64,000 bases of DNA from Ignisphaera sp. (lineage in GTDB: Archaea; Thermoproteota; Thermoprotei_A; Sulfolobales; Ignisphaeraceae), in NCBI GenBank assembly GCA_020833345.1, contig JAJHQM010000002.1, positions 6,190 to 70,189 of the forward strand, in the 5' to 3' direction. This document shows, one piece after another, positions 27,495-35,943 of the stretch. The position numbers and the translations under genes were made by a program. The notes below the pieces were generated by a model that made no database searches, was not told where the DNA came from, and saw only the letters and a list, made by a program, of their open reading frames with translations. Every line of letters begins with the position of its first letter. Position 1 is the first letter of the stretch.

Positions 27495-27930
27495 ATGAAG
27501 AGGTGTAGAGAGGCGTTAAACCATGCTATAAAGGTTATGATTAAGAGCAGGACTTTAAGCCTCAGCGAAGCCTATAGACCGCTCTATAATATTCTCAGGG
27601 TAAATATGTATTGCAGTCTGAAGCTACTTAGGATTATTAGAGAGGCTACTACAATTATCAAGTCATGGTCTAGTAACACAAATGGACGCGGAGTGCCTAT
27701 AGCGAAGACATTTTGGCTAGCGTATGAATATAGCTACAAAGAAATGATGTGCTCAAGATGTGAGCACGGTAGCAGTACTAAGCATTGAGAGAAGATCTCT
27801 TGAAAAGATGTGAAAGGCTCTGACCCCCTGAATGTCCTGTAAATGACAGATGTAAATTCCAATAGATGCGGAGAACTAATGAATCCCTTAAAAGGGAACT
27901 TCCACCCTTTAGGTCAGGTAGGAGATCGAT
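27495..27930 (+). pseudogene. Internally deleted TnpB/OrfB (IS200/IS605 family) remnant plus omega-RNA-like 3' scaffold, copy B
   Basis: The 97-aa ORF has a TnpB-N-terminal-like segment (EAYRPLYNILR...IIREATTIIKSW) running directly into a zinc-finger-like CSRCEH and a stop. It is followed by 27810-27930, homologous to 21065-21188. Confidence 0.45.
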
Positions 27931-28052
27931 ATACAAAAGACTTTATCGAATAATCTGATGAGTAAAGAAAATTCTCTATTACTATTTTCTTTAAACTGAA
28001 TAAAAGCTTTTAACATCCAATAAATTAAGTCTGAGAGTGTCGGGTTCTTGAA

Positions 28053-28340
28053 TTGAGTGAAGAAGAGACCAGCGAATCGCTAGCTCAAGAGGAAAAACAA
28101 ACAGTAGAAGAAATTAGCGAAGCATACTATGAGGAGGCAGAAGCAGAATACATAACATTTTCACCTCAAGAACTCGAGCAATTCTTAATACGATCAGAGA
28201 CATGGGATAAAATTGCTAAAGGAGAGATATCACTAGATGAGGCAAAAAGTATTTTAGAAACACCATCAAGAAGTACAGGTTTAAGTATGAGAAAGGCTAA
28301 GCCGAGCAGAGGTAAAAAGAAACGAAGGAGCAGCTCATAA
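28053..28340 (+). CDS. rpo13: RNA polymerase subunit Rpo13 (Crenarchaeota-specific)
   Basis: Acidic N-terminus, then FSPQELEQFLIRSETWDKIAKGEISLDEAKSIL, and a Lys/Arg-rich tail. This matches my recollection of Sulfolobus Rpo13 (..LSIQDIELLMKNTEIWDNLLNGKISVDEAKRLF..). PCNA is adjacent, as in Sulfolobus. Confidence 0.65.
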   Translation: MSEEETSESLAQEEKQTVEEISEAYYEEAEAEYITFSPQELEQFLIRSETWDKIAKGEISLDEAKSILETPSRSTGLSMRKAKPSRGKKKRRSSS

Positions 28341-28396
28341 GGCACTATACATACGCTATTTAAAACCCTACTGGCAATTTCTTATACATTTTGTAA

Positions 28397-28765
28397 TCAT
28401 GTAATTTCATAACCTAACTCAATTAACGTCTTTTCAATAAGGGCTTTAGTAAGTGATTTGTCAAAAACTATAACAACAATCTTTTTATTGTCTTTTTTTA
28501 TAAGTTTAATTTTATCTACTAAAACATTTCCTCGGAGCAATTCACTTATGTTTTTCTTTGGCGTTAAAAAGTCCTTAAACTTTCTTTGCATTAAAGAATG
28601 AAATGTGTCAAAGTGCTGCACCATTCTTATACTATCTTCTACATCTTCACCTCCCTTGCCCAGAGCTTTTTGCAGTTTTCTTAGCAATTCTGTTGAGAAG
28701 CTAGCATCCATCTCAATAGCAACATAATCACCAAGCACAGTATACAACTTAACTTTCTGTGACAC
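28397..28765 (-). CDS. Hypothetical protein (122 aa)
   Basis: ORF with GTG start preceded by GGTGATGA (SD-like); no family recognised. Confidence 0.35.
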   Translation of the reverse strand: MSQKVKLYTVLGDYVAIEMDASFSTELLRKLQKALGKGGEDVEDSIRMVQHFDTFHSLMQRKFKDFLTPKKNISELLRGNVLVDKIKLIKKDNKKIVVIVFDKSLTKALIEKTLIELGYEIT

Positions 28766-28859
28766 TAATCATCACCTAGGTTAATGCAGTCTAATTGCAA
28801 GTTTTTAAGCCGATAATCTTTTAGTCTCAATACAGTGAAATATTTTCTAGGGCTTAAGT

Positions 28860-29621
28860 ATGAGCATTAGATTGGTATACCCAGTCGGATCTGTATTAAA
28901 AACAGTATCGCAAGTATTAAAACGTATTGTAGACCAAGTACCTATAGTAGTTAGCTTAGATCAATTCTCTATAGAAGCCTTTTCACCAGATAAAGTCTCC
29001 ATGATAATTACATCAATTCCTTCTACAGCATTTGAAGAGTATGCCGTAAGTAGTGAAGTAAGTATGATTGCCGACAGAGATGAGCTGGCAAGAGCGCTAA
29101 AGAGAGCCACTAAGAGAGATAAGGTAACTTTAGAGTATGTTGAAGGTACAAGAGAGCTTAAGGTCAAGGTATTCAATGTTAGAACAAATTTGGAGAGAGA
29201 ATACTCAGTATCATTATCTGAAGTAGGTTTTGAGAAAGTAGGTGAGTTAGATGTCCAGCTCGATGTTTCTGCAAGTATACCTTCATCAGAACTCATAGCT
29301 GTGATTAAAGATATTGCAATTGTAAGTGAGGAAGTGACATTAATGTACTCCTCTGAACTTAACGGTATAAAGGTTTCAGCGCATGGCGACATAGGATCTT
29401 ATGAAACAGTACTTAAGCAATTCCAACCGTTAACATATCTGGAATCTTCTGTAAGTAATGTTGTAGCAAAGTACAGCGTTGAACATTTAAAAGCCATTGC
29501 GAAGCTCCTGGATTTGGTGGATGAATGCAATATTGCGTTTGGTTCTGATAAACCGCTAAAAATCTCATTTGATATATCAGGTGGAGGAAAGGTTAGCGTT
29601 TGGATTGCTCCAAGGTCTTAA
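28860..29621 (+). CDS. pcn: DNA polymerase sliding clamp (PCNA), paralogue a
   Basis: 253 aa. PCNA-like pattern (IPSTAFEEYAVS..., ...KISFDISGGGKVSVWIAPR). Confidence 0.85.
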   Translation: MSIRLVYPVGSVLKTVSQVLKRIVDQVPIVVSLDQFSIEAFSPDKVSMIITSIPSTAFEEYAVSSEVSMIADRDELARALKRATKRDKVTLEYVEGTRELKVKVFNVRTNLEREYSVSLSEVGFEKVGELDVQLDVSASIPSSELIAVIKDIAIVSEEVTLMYSSELNGIKVSAHGDIGSYETVLKQFQPLTYLESSVSNVVAKYSVEHLKAIAKLLDLVDECNIAFGSDKPLKISFDISGGGKVSVWIAPRS

Positions 29622-29634
29622 GAGGAAACCATAT

Positions 29635-29988
29635 ATGTATAGTGATGTTGTAAAAATTGATTCAAAGGGCAGAATAACGATACCCTCAGCGATAAGGCTA
29701 CTTCTTAATATGGAAGAGGGGGACAAAATGGTCCTACTATTTGATGAAGATGAGCTTAAGATCGAGTTACTTAGCACCAAGGCGACCAATGTAATCGTTT
29801 GTAAATTGCTTGACGATTTTAAGAATGTTGTAGAGATGCTTAGGAAACTAAGTAATGGTGTAATAGCATTTAGTTGTAGATGCTATGACACATCTTGTAA
29901 TAAATTCAGGTGCAAGTTCATTCTAGAGGAAAAAGCATTGAAGAGCTCAAATAATATGAGTTTGCAGTGCCTCTCTACGAACCTATAG
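29635..29988 (+). CDS. AbrB/SpoVT-domain DNA-binding protein
   Basis: MYSDVVKIDSKGRITIPSAIRLLLNMEEGDKMVL is a swapped-hairpin AbrB/SpoVT motif. ORF-track start 29569 overlaps PCNA and is probably too early. Confidence 0.7.
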   Translation: MYSDVVKIDSKGRITIPSAIRLLLNMEEGDKMVLLFDEDELKIELLSTKATNVIVCKLLDDFKNVVEMLRKLSNGVIAFSCRCYDTSCNKFRCKFILEEKALKSSNNMSLQCLSTNL

Positions 29989-30077
29989 GCACTCCTACTC
30001 CTTAATATTGTTAACGAGGTGCTATACCTTATTAATTTCCTAACTATTAATCATGTGTAGTAGAGTGAGGAGACAGC

Positions 30078-30845
30078 ATGAGCTCAGCCTTAAGATTTGT
30101 ATTTGCAGATGCTAAGGTTTGGAGATATGTACTAAGAGTTTTAGCAGATTACTTAGAGGTCATAGGAATAAAAATAAGCCCAAGTGAAGGGGTTAGGATA
30201 AAAGCCATGGATCCTAGCAGGGTTATGCTATTAGACTTCAGCATACCAACATCAGCTTTTGAAGAATACATTGTTGAGAAAGAGGAAGTACTATTTTTAA
30301 ATCTAGAAAACATTTCAAAGATATTGAGAAGGGCTGCCAGATCGGACAAGCTAGCGCTCTCTACCGATGGTGTAAAACTCACTATAGCTTTGATCTCCAA
30401 GAGTGGCACTCAAAGAAGTTTTATGTTACCTCTCATATCCTCAACATATGAAGAAATTCCAGAACTTTCACTCGAATTCAAAGTTGAAGCAAAGATTATC
30501 GGCCCTATCTTTGCTACAGCTATATCAGTTCTTGAAGAAGTTGGCGATGCAGTAAAATTCAAAGTATTACATGAGGGTCTTGCTATGTCATCTTCATCAG
30601 AATTGGGTGAGATAGAATTCCTTTTCACTACCACTACGGGAACTTTAATAGATTATCAGGTAGCTGAGGGATTTTCAGAGTTCTCTAATACATATTCAAT
30701 GGAGTATATATCTATGCTGTCACAACTAGCAAAGTTATCAGAAACTGTTTCTATAAAGCTTGCACCTGAAGTGCCATGTGAAATCTCATTAAATATGACA
30801 AGCGGTGCGCAATTGAAGATCTATGTCGCACCAAGAATTGAATGA
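30078..30845 (+). CDS. pcn: DNA polymerase sliding clamp (PCNA), paralogue b
   Basis: 255 aa starting MSSALRFVFADAKVWRYVLRVL. IPTSAFEEYIV parallels paralogue a. C-terminal LKIYVAPRIE. Confidence 0.85.
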   Translation: MSSALRFVFADAKVWRYVLRVLADYLEVIGIKISPSEGVRIKAMDPSRVMLLDFSIPTSAFEEYIVEKEEVLFLNLENISKILRRAARSDKLALSTDGVKLTIALISKSGTQRSFMLPLISSTYEEIPELSLEFKVEAKIIGPIFATAISVLEEVGDAVKFKVLHEGLAMSSSSELGEIEFLFTTTTGTLIDYQVAEGFSEFSNTYSMEYISMLSQLAKLSETVSIKLAPEVPCEISLNMTSGAQLKIYVAPRIE

Positions 30846-30860
30846 GGAGCACCCATAACA

Positions 30861-32066
30861 ATGGAAAGTACAAAGGTGAAGAATGAAGTACATATTTTTA
30901 AGAACTTATTTAAAAAACATTATAAGGAAACCCAACTCATATTACCACAAGACCTAGCACTTAGAGAAGTGGCATTACAACCTATTGATGGGAATTACTA
31001 TGTACGTCACTTAGCATTTGAAACAGAAAAGCAACTAATAGAATACATAACACATGTTCACATACCAAAGCATCTTTACTATTCATCAGCTAAATATAAG
31101 GATCCTGGTAATCAGATAATGAATGAAAAAATGTGGTTAGGCAGTGATCTTGTATTTGACATAGACGCAAATGAGATTTTACAATGCAAGGACAAGGTTA
31201 TTGAAATTACATTTTGTAAAAAATGTGGCTACACAGCTACGGGAGAAAGTAGTGAAAGACTGTGCCCTTTATGCGGTAGTGAAGTAGCAAAATTTGAGCA
31301 TGTAGAGCCTCAATGTCTAAAGTTAGCATTTGAATATCTAAAAAACCTTGTAGATATTATTGAGAGCGATTTTGGTTTCTCTACATATAAAGCCAGCTTT
31401 TCTGGTAATAGAGGCTTTCATTTAATAGTGGAGCTGCCTAATCCACATGATACTATAGATGTTGAAAGTCGCAGGGAGCTGGTATCCTATATAGCACTTA
31501 GTGATGCTTATAAAAAAATCATTAAAAATGTATATGTAGCTAATAAGAACAGAAAAGGCTCAGCATATCCATTGCCAAGGATATGTGACGGTGGAATAAG
31601 GAGGAGGATTGCAAAGGCTTTACTTAAAAGAGTAGCAGATGCAAAACTTAAAGAATTCTTATTAAATTGCTTAGATAAAATTGAAAGCGGTAAACTCAAA
31701 GAGCTTCTAGACATCTTGGTTAACAATATTGATGATATTTTAAATGAAGTAGCAGTGCCTATAGATTCCAAGGTAACTATAGATGTAACACATTTAGTAA
31801 GAATACCTAATAGTTTAAATGGTAAAACAGGATGGAAAGCATTTTTAATAAAGGACTTAACAAACTTTGAGCTACAATATCATGAGGTTTCACTGGAAGG
31901 TGTTACTGAGCTTTTCAAGATCAAGATACTAGTAGACCTACCAACAATTACTGTAATAGATAGAGTTTTTAAAATAAGGCGAGGAGATATTATAGAACTT
32001 GAATATGCGTATGCCTCATATTTTGTTTTTAAGGGTGTTGCAGAGCTCTTAACTATAGTGAGATGA
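30861..32066 (+). CDS. priS: DNA primase small (catalytic) subunit PriS
   Basis: Catalytic DLVFDIDA, zinc knuckle CKKCGY...CPLCGS, SGNRGFH motif. 401 aa. Confidence 0.85.
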   Translation: MESTKVKNEVHIFKNLFKKHYKETQLILPQDLALREVALQPIDGNYYVRHLAFETEKQLIEYITHVHIPKHLYYSSAKYKDPGNQIMNEKMWLGSDLVFDIDANEILQCKDKVIEITFCKKCGYTATGESSERLCPLCGSEVAKFEHVEPQCLKLAFEYLKNLVDIIESDFGFSTYKASFSGNRGFHLIVELPNPHDTIDVESRRELVSYIALSDAYKKIIKNVYVANKNRKGSAYPLPRICDGGIRRRIAKALLKRVADAKLKEFLLNCLDKIESGKLKELLDILVNNIDDILNEVAVPIDSKVTIDVTHLVRIPNSLNGKTGWKAFLIKDLTNFELQYHEVSLEGVTELFKIKILVDLPTITVIDRVFKIRRGDIIELEYAYASYFVFKGVAELLTIVR

Positions 32067-32097
32067 ATATAATTCAAGGATTAAGGTAAGGTGTATA

Positions 32098-32589
32098 ATG
32101 ACTGTTGAGATATATGAAAAGCTGAAGAAGATTTTGGAGGATAGTATTGAGAATAGGAAAATAGAATCGAGAGATATATACACAATTATAGAAACAATAA
32201 ATAAAAAAGCTTTGCTAATGAGGGCATGGTGTTTAGAAAATTTAAATAAAGAATTCGAAAGATTTTGCACGGACTTCGAAACAATGGTGTCGTTAATAAT
32301 TAGGACTTTAACTTACTTTGCTTTGAATAAAGCTATTTTAAGGCAACTAAATACTAGTGATGATGGAGTAGGGTTTACTGTAAGACATGTACTAGGAATA
32401 ATTGAGAGCTTCTGGAAGCTTGCACAAAACAGTCTCCTTCTAACCGATGGCGGAGCTTTATGTCGTGTACTCAAACCATTTCAAATAAGATACTCTATAA
32501 CACTACCTGGCTATGTTATTTACTTACCGCTTGCCTTAGCATTACCCCTCTCTGCTATGAGCTATGTAGAAATTATTGAAGCTTTTTAA
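32098..32589 (+). CDS. Candidate GINS subunit (Gins15/Gins51-like)
   Basis: 163 aa, predicted helical N-terminal half. Sits immediately downstream of PCNA-PriS, the position of Gins15 in Sulfolobus. No motif-level proof. Confidence 0.35.
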   Translation: MTVEIYEKLKKILEDSIENRKIESRDIYTIIETINKKALLMRAWCLENLNKEFERFCTDFETMVSLIIRTLTYFALNKAILRQLNTSDDGVGFTVRHVLGIIESFWKLAQNSLLLTDGGALCRVLKPFQIRYSITLPGYVIYLPLALALPLSAMSYVEIIEAF

Positions 32590-32650
32590 CAGTATCGCTT
32601 ATAAATGGAGTGAGAAATTACAAGTGTAATTAAGGTAAAGGTAGACGGAT

Positions 32651-32938
32651 ATGAAGATTCCAAAGACTATAGTAACTTATTGTCCAAGGTGTCATGTACA
32701 TACAGAACATAGTGTATCGATATATAAGCATGGAAAAAGGAGAACTTTAGCGCAGGGGCAGAGGAGGTATTTAAGAAAGCAAGAAGGCTATGGCTCTAAA
32801 AGAAAACCCGAGCAAAAGAGGTTTGCAAAAATTACTAAAAAAGTTGTTTTAAAATTAAAATGCAATAAATGCGGTTACATAATCCATAGGAAAGGTATTA
32901 GGCTGAAAAGAGCAGAACTTGCTGAAAAACATAGGTGA
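32651..32938 (+). CDS. rpl44e: 50S ribosomal protein L44e (eL42)
   Basis: [20 protein letters not shown]...KLKCNKCGY. Confidence 0.9.
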   Translation: MKIPKTIVTYCPRCHVHTEHSVSIYKHGKRRTLAQGQRRYLRKQEGYGSKRKPEQKRFAKITKKVVLKLKCNKCGYIIHRKGIRLKRAELAEKHR

Positions 32939-32947
32939 GGCAAAGCT

Positions 32948-33154
32948 ATGGGGAATAAAAAAAGAAAAATACTAATTCCGCAACCCAAGAGTAAATTCAT
33001 AAGAGTGAAATGCATTACTTGTGGAAATGAGCAGACAATATTTGACCATGCAACGTTTCCTGTAAGATGCTTAGTCTGCGGATCAGTTCTTGTAAAATCC
33101 ACAGGTGGAAAAGCTCAACTTATTAATGCGGAAATTGTGAAAGCCTTTGGTTAA
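32948..33154 (+). CDS. rps27e: 30S ribosomal protein S27e
   Basis: [32 protein letters not shown], a C4 zinc ribbon typical of S27e. Confidence 0.9.
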   Translation: MGNKKRKILIPQPKSKFIRVKCITCGNEQTIFDHATFPVRCLVCGSVLVKSTGGKAQLINAEIVKAFG

Positions 33155-33209
33155 ACTATAATTAAGTTATTCACAAAACAGAGACATCACTACAGTTAGA
33201 GGAATCAAC

Positions 33210-34028
33210 ATGAGCATTCCATTCAAAAAGAAAGGACTTCCAGAAATTGGAGAGCTAGTAATAGCACAAATAAAGAAAGTATTTGATTACGGTGCTTATG
33301 CAAACTTATTGGAATACGAAAACCTTGAAGCCTTTATTCCATGGAGTGAGGTCAGCACAAAATATGTAAAGGATATTAAAGATCTTTTAAAAGAAAATCA
33401 AATTGCCGTAGGTAAAGTAATTCGAGTTGAAAAGAAGCAAGGAAGAATAGAGGTTGACATATCATTAAAGAGAGTGTTCGAGGGGGAGAAAAGAGTAAAG
33501 ATGCTTAGGTGGAAGAGAATTCAGAAAGCACAGAAAATAATTGAAATGACAGCAAAAAACCTTGGAAAAACACTTAACGAAGCGTACAAATATGTATGGG
33601 CATTTTTAGAGAAAAACATTGATCCGATGACTTTAATTGAAGAAGCCGTGCTGAAGGGCCCTCAAAGACTCATAGAAATAGGCATTAATGATGTATGGGC
33701 TAAAGCATTATATGAAGAGGCGAAAAAACATGTTACTATAAAGATCGTTAGGATTAGGGGCATTGCAAAACTTGTTTCATACAAGGCTAATGGTATTGAA
33801 AGAATTAAGAGTATTTTATCAGAGATCAAAAGTAAGTTTAAGAAAGATAACATAAACATTAACATATATACCATAGGCGCCCCAAGGTATAGAATAGAAA
33901 TTGAATCACATGATTATAAAATAGCTGAAGAAATATTTAATCAAATTAAGGCATTTCTTAAGGAATCTGCTCATAACATAGGTATAGATTTAATTGAATT
34001 TGAAAGAGAAGAGCTGGAGAAAGGATAG
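33210..34028 (+). CDS. eif2a: Translation initiation factor 2 alpha subunit (aIF2-alpha)
   Basis: 272 aa. N-terminal S1 domain [40 protein letters not shown]. Conserved L44e-S27e-aIF2alpha-Nop10 synteny. Confidence 0.88.
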   Translation: MSIPFKKKGLPEIGELVIAQIKKVFDYGAYANLLEYENLEAFIPWSEVSTKYVKDIKDLLKENQIAVGKVIRVEKKQGRIEVDISLKRVFEGEKRVKMLRWKRIQKAQKIIEMTAKNLGKTLNEAYKYVWAFLEKNIDPMTLIEEAVLKGPQRLIEIGINDVWAKALYEEAKKHVTIKIVRIRGIAKLVSYKANGIERIKSILSEIKSKFKKDNININIYTIGAPRYRIEIESHDYKIAEEIFNQIKAFLKESAHNIGIDLIEFEREELEKG

Positions 34029-34032
34029 CACA

Positions 34033-34257
34033 ATGAAATGGAGAATACGGAGATGCCCTCAATGTAAGACATATACACTTAGGGAGATATGCCCTAAGTG
34101 TGGAGCAAAAACATTTGTACCTCATCCACCTAGATTCTCACCCGAAGATAAGTATGTTGAATACAGACTTTGGAGTAAACATCCAGGAATCATGATGAAA
34201 GTTACACAGAGAAAGGAAAAGGAGCATTATACTAGCGATATCAGTAAGCAGTTATGA
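34033..34257 (+). CDS. nop10: H/ACA RNP protein Nop10
   Basis: [41 protein letters not shown]. Start taken at the internal ATG; the C-terminal tail is longer than usual. Confidence 0.85.
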   Translation: MKWRIRRCPQCKTYTLREICPKCGAKTFVPHPPRFSPEDKYVEYRLWSKHPGIMMKVTQRKEKEHYTSDISKQL

Positions 34258-34410
34258 ATGTTTTGATTTTTAGTAAGGTTTAGCCTTGGTAAGGTTCGCA
34301 AACTTTACAGATTCTATGGCCCTTGCCTACATGTTGTAGATCTTCATAAGTATTTGATCTTTAAAAAGTGTTTGACAAAACTATTACAGCCTTGTAATGA
34401 TTTTCGTAAA

Positions 34411-35013
34411 TTATAACCATGTTATACCATAATCAGTTATGACAAACCTATAAGTGGTCTTTAGGTTAGGTTTAACGAATTTCAGTATTCTCGTCTTATT
34501 TGGCAGAACATATAACTCTAGCATGGTATCACACCATAGTTCAAGGTATTCAAAACCTGCGGGCGTATTTTCATCAAGGCTTACTTGAGCTGAGGCTATT
34601 ATTGTAACTCCTCGCTCGTTTACGGAATTAAGTAATGTTAGCAGATGCGTAAAGGGACCACCATGCTCGCCTTCTCTAAATTCAACTCTATATAGATGAT
34701 TTATACTGTCTATAATAAGTAAAGCCACATTATGCTTCAATGCATCTAGTATTAGAGATATTAAATGGTCTTGAGAAATAGCAGGAGCAAAATAAATACT
34801 TTTGCTTTCAATACCTAGTCTAGCAACTCTGTTTATGAGGATCATGCTTTCCGTAGATATAAATATACCTAGTGCATCATCGAGCTCAGAACACTTAAGA
34901 ATGTTTAAAAGAAAGTTTGTTTTACCTGAGCCGGCAATACCATAGACTACAACCTTTGGTGTTTTGTTAAAGAGTATTCTATCAAGTTCTTTATTACATG
35001 TAGAGATTTTCAT
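34411..35013 (-). CDS. RecA-superfamily ATPase (RadA paralogue / KaiC-RadB-like)
   Basis: Walker A GIAGSGKTNF, Walker B-like LLIIDSI. 200-aa single domain. Confidence 0.5.
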   Translation of the reverse strand: MKISTCNKELDRILFNKTPKVVVYGIAGSGKTNFLLNILKCSELDDALGIFISTESMILINRVARLGIESKSIYFAPAISQDHLISLILDALKHNVALLIIDSINHLYRVEFREGEHGGPFTHLLTLLNSVNERGVTIIASAQVSLDENTPAGFEYLELWCDTMLELYVLPNKTRILKFVKPNLKTTYRFVITDYGITWL

Positions 35014-35033
35014 TAAGTGACCTTCAGTAATAA

Positions 35034-35729
35034 CTATATTTTTTCTGGTAAATACATAAGCTCATTGTCTATCTTTTTTATGATACCTTTTTTAACAAGC
35101 ATGTTAATTGCACCATCAAAATACATACTGCTAATCTTAATACCATACCACTCCTCAAATTCTCTTACAATTTCGCTTAATGTCCACTTGCTTTTTCTTT
35201 TCTCTTTATAATAGGTTTCCATAACTCTCTTTATGAATTGTGTAACGTCTTCCAATCTAGTCCATGGGTACTGAAACCATATCCACTCTTTAACCTCAAT
35301 ATAATAGTAATCAGGCTTTATCTTTGCCACTGGTGAAATCCATTGTAGTGCAGCTATACGTAACTCCTTTGGTCTCCATACACGTGATATGTAATCCCTT
35401 GCTAAAATCACAGATTCTCCAGTATCAATAATATCATCAACAAGTAATGCTCTCAGGTTTTCAAGATTGATTACATACTCAAACTTTATTATGGCTCTTT
35501 CGCCTTTTTTTGCTGCCTCGGTCCAATGTTGTGATTGAATTGAAATGAGGTTTTCAATTCCTAAGAAGTCACACAATAGTCTAGCAGGAACATAACCACC
35601 ACGTGCAATAGCTATTATTACATCAGGAATGTAACCGCTTTCTTCAATCTTTTTTGCCAGTCCCCAGCTCCATTCAACTATTTCACTCCATTCAACTAAT
35701 TTCACGGGAATTTTTGGCATTTTATACAA
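35034..35729 (-). CDS. Purine-type phosphoribosyltransferase with C-terminal extension
   Basis: PRPP-binding loop LLVDDIIDTGES. N-terminal IAIARGGYVPARLL. Confidence 0.6.
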   Translation of the reverse strand: MYKMPKIPVKLVEWSEIVEWSWGLAKKIEESGYIPDVIIAIARGGYVPARLLCDFLGIENLISIQSQHWTEAAKKGERAIIKFEYVINLENLRALLVDDIIDTGESVILARDYISRVWRPKELRIAALQWISPVAKIKPDYYYIEVKEWIWFQYPWTRLEDVTQFIKRVMETYYKEKRKSKWTLSEIVREFEEWYGIKISSMYFDGAINMLVKKGIIKKIDNELMYLPEKI

Positions 35730-35820
35730 CCTTAATAACAGTATACGTATAGATATATAAACCTAGTTTAGGTTAGTTATGTAAATAAAAATATTTTGGA
35801 GTCTTTAGCAATAAGTAGAA

Positions 35821-35893
35821 GGCCCCCGTTCGGCCGACCCGTATAAATGTATGATCCTATGGTGAAAATGTGTACGGGGTCTCTGCGGGGGCC
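35821..35893. ncRNA. GC-rich extended hairpin, candidate small structured RNA (identity and strand unknown)
   Basis: GGCCCCCG (35821-35828) pairs with CGGGGGCC (35886-35893). GACCCGTA (35836-35843) pairs with TACGGGGTC (35873-35881, one bulged G). The apical region contains TGATCC...GGTGAA, which could form a K-turn-like element. Confidence 0.35.
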
Positions 35894-35943
35894 ATAGCAC
35901 ATTACTAATTAAGAGTTTAATAAAATCAATAAAACAATTCATT

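Noticed and set aside
27931-28050. Partial C/D-like pattern (CTGATGA ... CTGA) upstream of rpo13, and similar half-patterns at 12865-12900 and 27424-27480.
   Set aside because: The box spacings are wrong (34 nt between C and the only CTGA, with no internal D'/C'). More likely promoter or UTR sequence.
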